A stretch of 64,000 bases of DNA from contig NC_043002.1 in NCBI RefSeq assembly GCF_006345805.1, positions 69,750,001-69,814,000 of the forward strand, given 5' to 3'. Under the pieces are notes generated by a model. That model made no database searches and had not been told where the DNA came from. It was given only the letters and a program-made list of their open reading frames with translations. The translations under genes and the position numbers were made by a program. Source of the DNA: Octopus sinensis. Its lineage: Eukaryota. Positions 1 to 11,964 of this stretch are shown here, one piece after another (the first letter of the stretch is position 1; the number at the start of each line of letters is the position of its first letter).

Positions 1-344
1 GAGTATGTGTGTGTGTGTATTTCCATGTTTGGGTATATGTGTATTATGTGTATGTATGTATATATGTATTTATGCTTGTAGTATGTATGTATGTATATAT
101 GTATGTATGTATAATCCCACACACATATATACATACGTTATACATACACACACACATGTATATGATAGGTGCAGGCGTGGTTGTGTGGTAGAAAGTTTGC
201 TTCCCAGCCACGTGATTTCGTGTTCAGTCCCACTGTGTAGCACCATGGGCTTCTACCATACCCCCGGCCGACCAAAGTCTTCTGAGCGGATTCGGTAGAC
301 AGAAACTGAAAGAGGCTTGTCGTGTGTGTGTACATATGTATACA

Positions 345-696
345 TACATACATGATGGTGGTGGTTGTCTACTCTTTATGCAGAGTTTGATCACTTCCTG
401 TACTTATCACCATCATAGCATCTGATGTGGGTTTTTTTTAAACCAGACAATATTCTGAAAAGACACCCACATAGATTGCACCTCCGATCTGGACCACCAA
501 GAGCTGCAGATAAGTTCTGCCCTTTCTTGAATTTAAAATGTGTTTTGGGGCCTCCGTTGGATTTGCAAACCTGGCATACACTGCATTCAAATGTGTGCAC
601 ATACATATAGGCAGAATAGTTTCCATGCGTTCGCAGATGAGATTTGAGGCCATCAAAAGACAGGCATGGTCTGTCACAGACTGTGCACCAAAAAGG
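345..696 (-). mobile_element. 3' end of an RTE-like LINE with three C2H2-type fingers
   Basis: The frame of ORF 391-606 extends to 696: PFWCTVCDRPCLSFDGLKSHLRTH...FECSVCQVCKSNGGPKTHFKF...CNLCGCLFRILSGLKKTHIRC; short 3' UTR ending in a (TATG)n tail. Confidence 0.6.
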
Positions 697-699
697 TCA

Positions 700-1070
700 T
701 TGTCATTCATCTACTCTACAATTTTTTGTATCTGCATTTGACTCGACTTGTGTTGATTTTGGCTTGAAAAAAAAAAAAGAAAAAAAAACAGTTGTAATGT
801 ATCAACCTGCGTGTGGTGTTGTTTCTAACCCCACTAAAATTTTTGCTAAGGGAAAGATACTAGAGCTTGTCGATTCTTTCGTCTACTTTGGAAGCTCTGT
901 TCGAAATGATGGAAATCTCGATACAGAAATACATCTGCGAATTCGAAGGGCAGCAAAACCATTTGGTGGTTTGGAGTTACGCGTTTGGTGCCAACGACAT
1001 ATAAATAAGAATACAAAGCTGGCTCTTTCCAAATCATTTGTCTTACCATCCCTGTGGTATTCCTGGGAAA
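700..1070 (+). mobile_element. RTE LINE RT-thumb fragment
   Basis: DFGL..KKTVVMYQPA...LELVDSFVYFGSSVRNDGNLDTEIHLRIRRAAKPFGGL..RVW...TKL...VLPSLWYSWET. Confidence 0.85.
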
Positions 1071-1349
1071 CATACATATATGCAGACACACATATACATA
1101 CATACATACATACATATACATACACACACATACACACACACATAATATAATATATACTATATATATGCATTACATATATATACATATACATATATACACA
1201 CACCACAAAACATATACTATTATATATATATATATATACATACACACACACACACACACACATGTGCGCGCGTATGTGTACATGAGTTTTTGTGTTTGAG
1301 TTTGTTTCTCACCACAGCTTGACAACTGGTGCATATATATATATAGATA

Positions 1350-1405
<56 letters not shown>

Positions 1406-1548
1406 GTATATTATATATATATGGATATGTATTATATATATGTATATATATATATGATATATATGTATGTATATATATATATATGTATGTATATATAGAT
1501 ATATATGTATATATATATATATATTATATATATGTATATGGTATATAT

Positions 1549-1615
<67 letters not shown>

Positions 1616-2709
1616 GTATATATGTATGTTGCCTAGGCAGTTTAGACAAAGCAAAACAAAACAGAAACGTACTGGGGTGGGGTCGAGTTCTTCGACTAAA
1701 CTCACCAAAACTGGTGCCCCAGCATGGCCGCAGTTTATTGGCTGAACGATGTCAAAGAAATAAAAGGAAAAAATATGTATAACAGTCAACAAAATACATT
1801 ACATTACATAACGCGTACGCCGGACCAGAAGACTAAACATTAAATTAACGCCTCAAAGGAACGACACAAATCTCACATAAATTCCCTCGTGGGGCAGTTA
1901 CATAATAACAACTATATTTGTTGCAGACACACAAACAGAGTTAGTGTATTGTCGTTTAATCGACGCTACGAATTGACGGCTATTTATATTAACGATCAAA
2001 GAATAATTGAAGGCCAAGTTTATCCCACGGGGATTTGAACTCGGGATGTAAAGCAGTCTAATACAACGCCTCGTGACTTATTTTTTTCTGCGAATTTGTT
2101 GATGAATTCTCATAATCCTTACTAACGTAGAAACAAGCCTTTAAAAAAATTGATACGTGTCGTTCACACACGCATATCAGACGTTGACGCAATTCGTAGT
2201 CAAAGGGAGATAATTTCACGAACCATGTTCTTACGTGTGTGTTTGGGTATATATTATGTTGTTGTGCTTCTATGTAATTTCTTTGATTTCATACGTATAA
2301 CTCTGTGTGTGTATGTGTGTGTGTGTGTGTGTGTGTTTGTATGCGTGTGTGTGCATGTGTGTGCATGTGTGTGCGTGTGTGTGTGTGCCCTCAAAGACAT
2401 AAACCATTCGTCTTAAAGTGCTGTCATAATTTTGTGTGTGAATATATATATATATATATACACACACATACATATATAAATGTGTGTGTGTGTGTGAGTG
2501 TGCGGTTGTATTTTTTACTTGTTTCGGTCAGTTGACTGCGGCCAAGCAGGAGCACCGCCTTTATTCGAGCAAATCGACCCCAGGACTTATTCTTTGTAAG
2601 TCTAGTACTAATTCTATCGGATCTCTTTTGCTGAACTGCAAAGTTACGGGGACGTAAACACACAACGTCGGTTGTCAGGCGATGGTGGGGGGACAAACAC
2701 AGACACACA

Positions 2710-2753
<44 letters not shown>

Positions 2754-3228
2754 ACGGGCTTCTTTCAGTTTCCATCTACTAAATCCACTCACAAGGCTTT
2801 CGTCAGCCCGAGGCTATAGTAGAAGACACTTGCGCAGTAGGACTGAACCCGGAAACATGTGTTTGGTAAGCAGGCTACTTACCACATAGCCAATGTGTTT
2901 GTGCATGTGTGTGTGTGTGTGTGGTGTTATTATTTTACTTATTTCTGTTCTTTAACTGCGGCAATGCTGGAGCACCGCCTTTAGTCGAACAAATCGACCC
3001 CTGGAATTATTCTTTGTATGATTAGTACTTATTCTATCGGCTCTCTTTTACCGAAACGCTAAGTTACGGGGGGGTAAACACACCAACATCGGTTATCAAG
3101 CGATGGAGAGTGAACAAACACAGACACACAAATACATACATATATATAATTAATTACATTTATATATAGTAGAAGACACTTGCCCGAGGTGCCACGCAGT
3201 GGGACTGAACCTGGAACCATGTGGTTGA

Positions 3229-3558
3229 ATGGCTCAGTGGTTAGAGCGTCGAGCTTACGATCGTGAGGTTGTGAGCTCGAATCCCGGACGGGGCTGCGTG
3301 TTGTGTTCTTGAGCAAGGCACTTTATTTCACGTTGCTCCAGTTCACTCAGCTGTAGAAATGAGTTGCGACGTCACAGGTGCCAAGCTGTATTGGCCCTTG
3401 CCTTTCCCTTGGACAACATCGGTGACGTGGAGAGGGGAGGCCGGTATGCATGGGCGACTGCTGGTCTTCCATAAAACAACCTTGCCCAGACTTGTGCCTC
3501 AGAGGGTATCTCTCTAGGTGCAAACCCATGGTCAGTGCCTGACCGAAGGGGGTCTAAA

Positions 3559-3567
<9 letters not shown>
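3229..3567 (+). mobile_element. SINE group B (tRNA-like head, ACG in the anticodon-loop position)
   Basis: TGGCTCAGTGG A box, GCTCGAATCC B box, central GTGTTCTTGAGCAAGGCACTT, 3' CATGGTC..GACCGAAGG then an A-run. Confidence 0.8.
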
Positions 3568-3632
<65 letters not shown>

Positions 3633-3644
3633 GATATATATATA

Positions 3645-3683
<39 letters not shown>

Positions 3684-4057
3684 ATAGATAGATAGATAGA
3701 TAGATACACACGCTCCATTTTATATAAAATAAATACAAATAGCGTGGCTATGTGGTAAGTAGCTTGCTTCCCAACCACATGGTTCCGGGTTCAGTTTCAC
3801 TGCAAGGCAGTCTTCTACTATAGCCTCGAGCGAACTAAAGCCTTATGAGTGCATTTGGTAGACGGAAACTGAAAGAAGCCCGCCGTGTATTTGTATATAG
3901 TAGAAGACACTTGCCCAAGGTTCTACGCAGTTGGCCTGAACCCGGAACCATGTGGTTGGGAAGCAAGCTTCTTTCCACACAGCCACACCTGTATATTTAT
4001 TTTATATAAAATGTCTGCGTGTGTGTGTGTGTGTGAATCTATGTATATATATATATA

Positions 4058-4105
<48 letters not shown>

Positions 4106-4124
4106 ATAATATATATATATATAT

Positions 4125-5127
4125 AAATCCTTAAATCCTTAAAAATGTTTTAGCCCGAAGACCGCGGCCATGCTGGGGCACCACCGCTGAATGAGCTACA
4201 CTAATTTGTGAATCCACCTCTGATACGTGGATCAACAAGGGAGTTCGATGCTGCTGCCCGCATCCGCGTCTCCTGTCGTGAGGTAGGTTCATCTGGGACT
4301 CCCGACAAGAAGAGATCCAGCTTAGTTTTAAAGAAACCCACATCCACACCATGTAAGTCTCTCAGGCATTTAGGGAGGATGTTAAAGAGCTGTGGTCCTC
4401 TGAAACCCAAGCTGTTGCAGTATTTGGACCTGTATTTTGATGGTGATGTTGGAATCCTTGGCACCATGCAGTGGCGCCCCGTTCCGCGGTTGGGGTAACT
4501 TTGAATGCCAAAGTTTGGGACAAGACCCTCCAGGATTTTCCAGATGTATATCACCGCATATCTCTCCCGCCTCCGTTCTAGGGAGAAGAGGTTTAATACC
4601 TTCAGTCTTTCCCAGTAGCTGATATTTTGCATTGAGACGATTTTCTTTGTGTAGCTTCTCTGAATTGCTTCGAGTTCTGCTGTTAGTTTTATATTGTGTG
4701 GTGACCACAGTTGGGAGCAGTAGTCCAAGCGGCTGAGGACGAATGTTTTCCATAGGACCATCAGTGTCTCCTTCTCTCTTGTTCTGAAAGTTCAGAGAAT
4801 CTATCCAGCTAGCCGTCTGCATTTTATCACCAGATTAGCAATATACACTTGGAAAGATGCATCATTGCTCATGTCAATGCCCAGGTCACGCACTGATTTT
4901 GACTCAGGGATTGCAATTCTTCCTGGGCCAGTGTATCCAGTCTGCACGTCGTTTACCTTTGTGTGCCAGTAGCGCAGGGCCTGGAACTTACCTGCATTAC
5001 ACTGCATGTTGTTGTCCTGCCACCTGTATATTGTGCCAGCTCCTGTTGCAGATGCGCAATATTTTCAGGGTTTTGTATTGCGTGGGAGACTTTTGTGTCA
5101 TCTGCATAGCGCAAGGGTGGTCATCGT
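4125..5127 (-). mobile_element. 5'-truncated CR1/L2-group LINE (RT C-terminus plus 3' tail)
   Basis: YADD at 5097-5108; VRDLGIDM; FVLSRLDYCSQLWSP...LERRRERY; stop at 4201; tail hairpin and (AAGGATTT)2 terminal repeat. Confidence 0.9.
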
Positions 5128-5150
5128 ATATATATAATATATATATATAT

Positions 5151-5226
<76 letters not shown>

Positions 5227-5298
5227 CATATATATGTATATATACATATATATGTATTAATACATTATATGTATATATATATATATATATATGTGTGT

Positions 5299-5334
<36 letters not shown>

Positions 5335-5452
5335 AAAACTATTATGAGCCTTCTCAAAATAAAATAGATTATTTCTTAAACGTGAAGTAACTGTTTTAGC
5401 TTTCCGCTTTTTAAGTGCTGCAAGTTACATTGCTTTACGCACATAGAAACGC

Positions 5453-5488
<36 letters not shown>

Positions 5489-5542
5489 ATATGTGTTGTG
5501 TATATATGTGCTATATATGAATGCATGTATGTTATGTATGTA

Positions 5543-5783
5543 CCATACTAATCATATCTGTCGGGCATGTGGAAGAGAGTGTAATTCGGCAGGTGGACTT
5601 AAACGACATGCAAAGGTACATGAAGCCCAGTTACAACTACAGCCAGCTATTACCGGTAAGGGATTTAGTTGCCAATTCTGTACAAGACAGTGTAGATCTT
5701 TAGCTGGGATAAAATGTCACATTCGATCACAGCACCAGTGACAGTTAAGCTTCGATAACGAGGGGGCAGTCATAATGTATGTA
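5543..5783 (+). mobile_element. 3' end of an RTE-like LINE with two C2H2 fingers; tail split by a mariner
   Basis: CRACGRECNSAGGLKRHAKVH and CQFCTRQCRSLAGIKCHIRSQH, then ...GAGGGGGCAGTCATAATGTATG tail; second copy at 17985-18122. Confidence 0.65.
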
Positions 5784-7062
5784 CGAGGGGCGTTCAATAA
5801 GTAATGCGTCTGACCCACTTCCCATAGCAGTAGAGCAACGAAACTTGGCACAGTTATTAGACTTTTTCTACATAGGAACCACCCACACGTACACATTTCT
5901 CCACTCGTTTGATCCAGTCTGGAGACCGTTTTTGTAGAAGACCCCAGCCACGACGTGACTTCAGAAATCAAGGCTGCATCATCTTGGAAACGCTTTCCTT
6001 TCAAAAACAACTTCATGGCTGGGAAGAGGTGAAAATCAGAGGGTGCGAGGTCAGGAGAGTAGGGGTGGATGGGGGAGGAGTTCATAGCCGCACGCCTGTG
6101 CTTCTGATCTGGCGACACGCGAGTTGTGGACCGGAGCGTTGTCCGGCAGGAGGAGGATGCCTTTGCTGATCTTGCCCGCCTCTTGATTTTGATAGCTTCT
6201 CTTAATTTCCTCAAAAGTGAAGCATAATAGGCTCCTGTAATTGTGGTACTAATTGCCAGGAAATCTGTCATCACTACTCCGTCCTGGTCCCAGAAGACTG
6301 TGAGCATGACCTTGCCAGCGGAGGACTGCACCCTTGCCTTCTTTGGAGGAGGTGAGTCACGGTGCTTTCACTGCATTGACTGGGCTTTGGTCTCTGGATC
6401 ATAGTGATGGACTCAGGTTTCATCCTGTGTAATCAGTCTTTTGAAAAACATTGACTCATCTTCTTGGCACATCTCCGAATTCATCCTCGAGCACTCAACG
6501 CGTTCTTGCTTCTGGAAAGGTGTGAGTAACCTGGGAATCCATCTGGCAGACACCTTTTGCATATGCAAATGGTCATGAATGATAGTTTCCACAGAACCGG
6601 TACTAATCTTGACCTCATGGGCTATTTGGCGAATAGTTATGCGTCGAACTTCCAAAATGGCAGCCTCAACTTGACGGACAGATGTCTCATCAATGGCAGA
6701 AGGGGGGCGACCAGATCTGGGAGCTGTTTCCACAGAGTTCTGACCATGTTTGAATTCAGGATGCCAGCGTTTTACAAGGTCATATGATGGGGCATCATCA
6801 CCATAAGTTACCTTCATTTCATCAAAAGTCTCCCGTGGTGTGCGTCCTTTCAAATACAAAAACCGGATCACTGCTCGGCACTCAACAGGTTCCATTTCAC
6901 ACTTGACTCAGTTCAAACACCTATAAATCAGAAACCACAATTAGTTCAGAGATGTAATTAGCCACTTAATCTATAGAGATATGAATAAGTGTACATGTAA
7001 AATTTCAGCTAGATCAAACAACTGCAAGTGGGTCAGAGGCATTACTTATTGAACGTCCCTCG
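5784..7062 (-). mobile_element. Full-length-size but defective mariner (DD34D), irritans/Hsmar2-like
   Basis: 37-bp TIRs CGAGGGGCGTTCAATAAGTAATGCGTCTGACCCACTT (2 mismatches) with TA at both ends. Transposase from 6895: MEPVECRAVIRFLYLKG...WIPRLLT...TQDET*VHHYDP...VMLTVFWD...YSPDLAPSDFHLF, with stops and frameshifts. Confidence 0.95.
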
Positions 7063-7146
7063 TATGTATGTATGTATGTATGTATGTATGTATGTATGTA
7101 TGTATGTATGTATGTATGTATGTATGTATGTATGTATGTATGTATG

Positions 7147-7187
<41 letters not shown>

Positions 7188-8701
7188 CAGTGCTCTGCAA
7201 CCGGTATCCTGCGACACATTGATGTGCCATGAGACGATGCTAAGTTTGCCACAGTATAACCTGGATATATCCCCCCCCTCCGATACTTTTAGTTATATTT
7301 CTGGTTCAGTTGTGCCGCCTGATTTTATGCATGAAAATATATACATAAAACAAAACATACAAATCTGCACACATACATGCATGCATACATGCATACATAC
7401 ATACATACATACATACATACATACATACATACATGCAAAAAATCCCCTGTTGTTGATATTGAAATTCCAATGAAGGAAACTTGGATCTAGGTTAGAAACC
7501 GGCTCTTTCTCTATTGGCAAGGAAGCTTGAAATAAAACTGAACAATGACATACATACATACATACATACATACATACATACATACATACATACATACATA
7601 CAAAATATACATCTATAATTCGAAGTGACAAGTCGCATATTTGGCGTGGGAGGGTATTTATTGAAAATACGATGAAAACTATCTCCAACCTTGAAGCCTT
7701 AGCTATCAGACCACTTAAATAACTAGTTAATTCGATAATCTCCAGAAGAATTAGCTGAGAGAGAGCCTTTTGACATTCTTAGACAATTCTCGTCTGAATA
7801 TCGCATTAATGTGAAATACGAATCGCGTGACAAACTCTCAGTTTCAGTCTCAGCATAGCTAATTATATGTGTGTGTATGTGTTTGTATCTGTGTGTGTCG
7901 CACGGTCTGTGTCTACACCTTGTAACCATAATTACTCGTAACTTAAAAAACGTTATTAAATGGCTAGGATCTCATTTTGCGAACTCAGTTTATAAGCGGA
8001 AGGGTGTCAATGCGCAAGCCTTTTCTAAAATTTAGTATTTGATTCTCTAGTTTTATACTTTGTTTAAAAATGGCATGTGTATAACATGTGTGTAATCGTA
8101 ATTATTGGCTAATTTGGGTTTGTTAGTAAATGTCTAAGTGTCAGTCTCAAATTTCAGGCCCAAAATGTCATCAGTTTTCTCCAGTGGCCTTGGCTCTTGA
8201 GCTTCAAAGACCATTTTATAAATAAACAAAACGCACGTCCGTGGGCTCCATTAGTGTTCGGGAGTCCAGCATCTAGTATCCTCTAGGCTTTGTATATATT
8301 GGTGGCAGGGACACTGTATCCTATTTATGTTTAGTTAATTGTGTGTGTGTGTGGGGGGGGGTGAAATTTTAGGCGGCGGTATGGTTGTGTGGAGGTCGAC
8401 TTTGCCTTTCATCCTTTCGGGGTGGATAAATTAAGTACCAGTTGCGCACTGGGGTTGATATAATCGACTTAATCCGTCTGTCTGTCCTTGTTTGTCCTTT
8501 CTGTGTTTAGCTCCTTGTGGGTAGTAAAGAAATAGGTATGGCTGTGTGGTAAGAAGTTTGCTTTCCAATCACATGGTTTCAGGTTCTGTCCCATTGCGAG
8601 GCACTTCGGCAAGTATCCTCTATAATAGCCCCGGGACGACCAAAGCCGTGTGAATGGATACGGTAGACGGAAACTGAAAGAAGCCCGTCGTATATATATA
8701 T

Positions 8702-8860
8702 AGGAGTGGCTGTGTGGTATGTAGCTTGCTTACGAACCACATGGTTCCGGGTTCATTCCCAATGCATGGACCTTGGGCAAGTGTCTTCTACAATGGCCTC
8801 GGGCAGACCAAAGCCTTGTGAGTGGATTTGGTAGACGGAAACTGAAGGAAGCCCGTCGTA

Positions 8861-8917
<57 letters not shown>

Positions 8918-9153
8918 GTGTGTATATGTTGGTGTATATGGTTGTTGTCTGTGTTTGTCCCCCAACATCGTTTGACAACCGATGCTGGTGTGTGTTTACG
9001 TCCCCGTAACTTAGCGGTTCGGCAATAGAGAGCCGATAGAATAAGTACTAGGCTTACAAAGAATAAGTCCAGGGGTCGATTTGCTCGACTAAAGGCGGTG
9101 CTCCAGCATGGCCGCAGTCAAATGACTGAAACAAGTAAAAGAGTAAACGAGTA
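8702..9153 (+). mobile_element. SINE group A, full-length copy
   Basis: A-box-like TGGCTGTGTGG, B-box-like GGTTCATTCCC, CORE-like CCTTGGGCAAGTG, internal (TA)n/(TG)n, tail GGCGGTGCTCCAGCATGGCCGCAGTCAAATGACTGAAACA plus (AGTAAAAG)n. Partial copies at ~170-322, 1290-1770, 2511-2892, 2929-3225, 3740-3990, 8535-8695, 13310-13560, 32545-32697, 45637-45790, 51000-51190. Confidence 0.85.
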
Positions 9154-9591
9154 ATATATATATAGATATATATATATATATTTATATAGATATATATAGA
9201 TATATTATATATATATAATATATATATTATATATATATATTATATATATGTATGTATGTATATACGTATTTTTATGTGTTTGTGTTATGTGTGTGTGTGA
9301 GACAGAGAGAGAGAAAGAGTATGTGTATGTGTGTGTTGTCTCCACCAACTGAATTGATCAGATCTTTCAAGGCGGTGCTCCAACATGACCGCAGTCTAAT
9401 GGCTGAAACAAGCAAAAGATAAACATATATATTTATAAAAAGCTGTTTCATGAGACGCTTGCTGAGTACAGTTTCTTATTTTTAGACCATATAATATTTC
9501 CGCTGTAATTTTTGGAATCCGTTGTTAATCAATTAAAGGATGTTTTGGCGACGGTTAGGAATGTTGAGGTCACCATTTTCCTTATATTTCA

Positions 9592-9984
9592 TTTACTCTT
9601 TTACTCTTTTATTTGCTTCAGTCGGCTATGCTGCAGTACCGCCTTTAGTCGGGCAAATCGACACCAGGACTTATTCTTTGTAAGCCTAGTACATATTCTA
9701 TCGGTCTCTTTTGCCTAACCGCTAAGTTACGGGGACGTAAACACACCAGCATCAGTTGTCAAGCGATGTTGGGGGGACAAGCACAGACACACAAACACAC
9801 ACACATATATATACATATACATATATACGATAGGCTGCTTTCAGTTTCCTTCTACCAAATCCACTCACAAGGCTTGGTCGGCCCGAGGGTATAGTATAAG
9901 ACACTTGCCCGAGGTGCCACGCAGTGGGACTGAACCCGGGACCATGTGGTTGGTAAGTAAGCTACTTACCACCCAGCCACTCCT
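9592..9984 (-). mobile_element. SINE group A, full-length copy
   Basis: Reverse complement of the 8702 element, including head, microsatellite and tail. Confidence 0.85.
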
Positions 9985-10216
9985 AGTTTGTTCTGTGAGA
10001 AGAATCAGATCGCATACAGGGTTTTTTGATGGACAAGTAGCACAGTGTCGAAAATAGTACCGTCATTCTAGAATGCCTCCACACGGTCTCTCACCCTACA
10101 AGAAATAGCAGACAGATATCCTATAATTCGCATATTTCCGGATAATCGATTATGTAATCTTGCCTAATTCTGAGAGTGTGAGGTGGTCGCCATAAAGATC
10201 GTTTTGACTGTAGCTT

Positions 10217-10579
10217 ATTTCTTTATTGCCCACAAGGGGATAAACATAGAGGGGACAAACAAGGACAAAGGGATTATGTCGATTAGATCGACCCCAGTGC
10301 GTAACTGGTACTTAATTTACCGATCTCGAAAGGATGACAGGCAAAGTCGACCTCGGCGGAATTTGAACTCAGAATGTAGCGGTAGACGAAATACCTATTT
10401 CTTTACTACCCACAAGGGGCTAAACACAGAGAGAACAAACAAGGACAGACAAAGGGATTAAGTTGATGAAAGGCAAAGTCGACCACGGTGGAATTTGAAC
10501 TCAGAACGTAGCGGCAGACGAAATAACGTTAAGCATTTCGCCCGGCGTGCTAACGTTTCTGCCAGCTCACCGCCTTAAC
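10217..10579 (-). mobile_element. SINE group C dimer with TSD
   Basis: Two tandem units; flanks GTTTTGACTGTAGCTT (10201) and GTTTTGACCATAGCTT (10581). Confidence 0.75.
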
Positions 10580-11037
10580 CGTTTTGACCATAGCTTGGCA
10601 TTACCAAGGTTTATCATCATACTAAGCAACAATAACAACAACAAGAACACCAAGAACAACAACAAAATAACACCAACGATCGCAACAGCAGCAGCAACAA
10701 CAACAACGGAAACCACAAGGAACATGTTACATTGCAGATCGCAATACACATTCAAATACAAAACAGAATGTAATACAATACACGCAAGGGCATTTGAACA
10801 ATTACCCCCAAGCAAAAACGAGTACACACCCAGACGAACGCACACATTTATAACAAAATTTTGACAGCGGGTAACAAATGATTAAGTGGAGTTAAAAGTT
10901 TCTGTGACTAAAAGGAATACTCCACGTAACTGCTTTAGTTTCAGCACTTCGAATGACTTGGCAAACACAACTCCGACACACACACACACACACACACAAG
11001 GTGGGGTTGAGTCATTTATGTAATTTTCTGCCGATTG

Positions 11038-11073
<36 letters not shown>

Positions 11074-11075
11074 TG

Positions 11076-11113
<38 letters not shown>

Positions 11114-11328
11114 CCTTTCTACTATAGACACTAGGCCTGAAATTTGGAGAGAGGAGTAAGTCGATTACATCGATCCCAGTGCATAACTGGTACTTATTTA
11201 ATTGACTCCGAAAAGATGAAAGACAAATTCGACCTCGGCGGATTTGAACTCAGAATGTAACAGCGAAGGAAATACCGCTAAGCTAAGCATTTCGGCCTGC
11301 GTGCTAACGGTTCTGTCAGCACGCCGAA

Positions 11329-11372
<44 letters not shown>

Positions 11373-11394
11373 GTAATAATAATAATAATAATTG

Positions 11395-11950
11395 TATGCA
11401 CTGATGCAGTACCAGATAGTGGCTCTCGTGGCTTCTGATCTTAACTGACTGGAAGTGTTATCATGTATATTGTTTTGTCTTGGTATAAAAAATGTTTTGT
11501 CTTTGTATAAATAATCTGCTCAATACCACAGATTTGCTTGTCAGTTGGTTGACCATAACCAGTTGAGCATGTCCCTTAATGGCTGACGATATGTGCATCT
11601 CTGATCACGAGCAGAAGTAGTGGGGGAGCATCATAGCCATGTGTTGAGAGGGATTCTTTGGGACTTGAATAGTTCACCTCTGGAAACATGGGTGTTTCGT
11701 TCAACATCCTTAAACAACTCTTATTCAGGGACCTTTTGAGCGGGATGGGTTACTCGAACAGAAGAAAATTCTAACTGGGCCCCACCTGCAAGGTCATGTG
11801 CTGTTTATCTTGATATGAGATCACCATGCCGCGCACCTATGGTTGTGATGCATGTGCCTAGTGTACCCTTATCAGACGGGTAGTCATGATGGGTATACTG
11901 GGCTTCGTATATTTTACCCCTGTGTCACTTTGATGGCATGCACTGCTCTC
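11395..11950 (+). repeat. Unclassified interspersed repeat; 3' ~120 bp recurs at 44638-44757
   Basis: GCGCAC.TATGGTTGTGA.GCATGTG.CTAGTGTACCCTTATCAGACGGGTAGTCATGATGGG... is shared; the second copy ends in an (AAT)n tail. Confidence 0.6.
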
Positions 11951-11964
11951 TGGCATGCATTGCG

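Noticed and set aside
1340-1630. Irregular phase slips within long (TA)n tracts
   Set aside because: Cannot be distinguished from sequencing or consensus error in low-complexity DNA.
3229-3300. tRNA-like sequences at SINE heads (also 39970-40041, 47598-47670)
   Set aside because: No complete acceptor stem, and they continue into SINE bodies; not counted as tRNA genes.
3740-3990. Imperfect palindrome formed by two opposed SINE-A heads
   Set aside because: Explained by two independent partial SINE copies; the arms are diverged.
8135-8180. CTGATGA...GAAA on the minus strand
   Set aside because: Stems I, II and III do not pair; chance core match.
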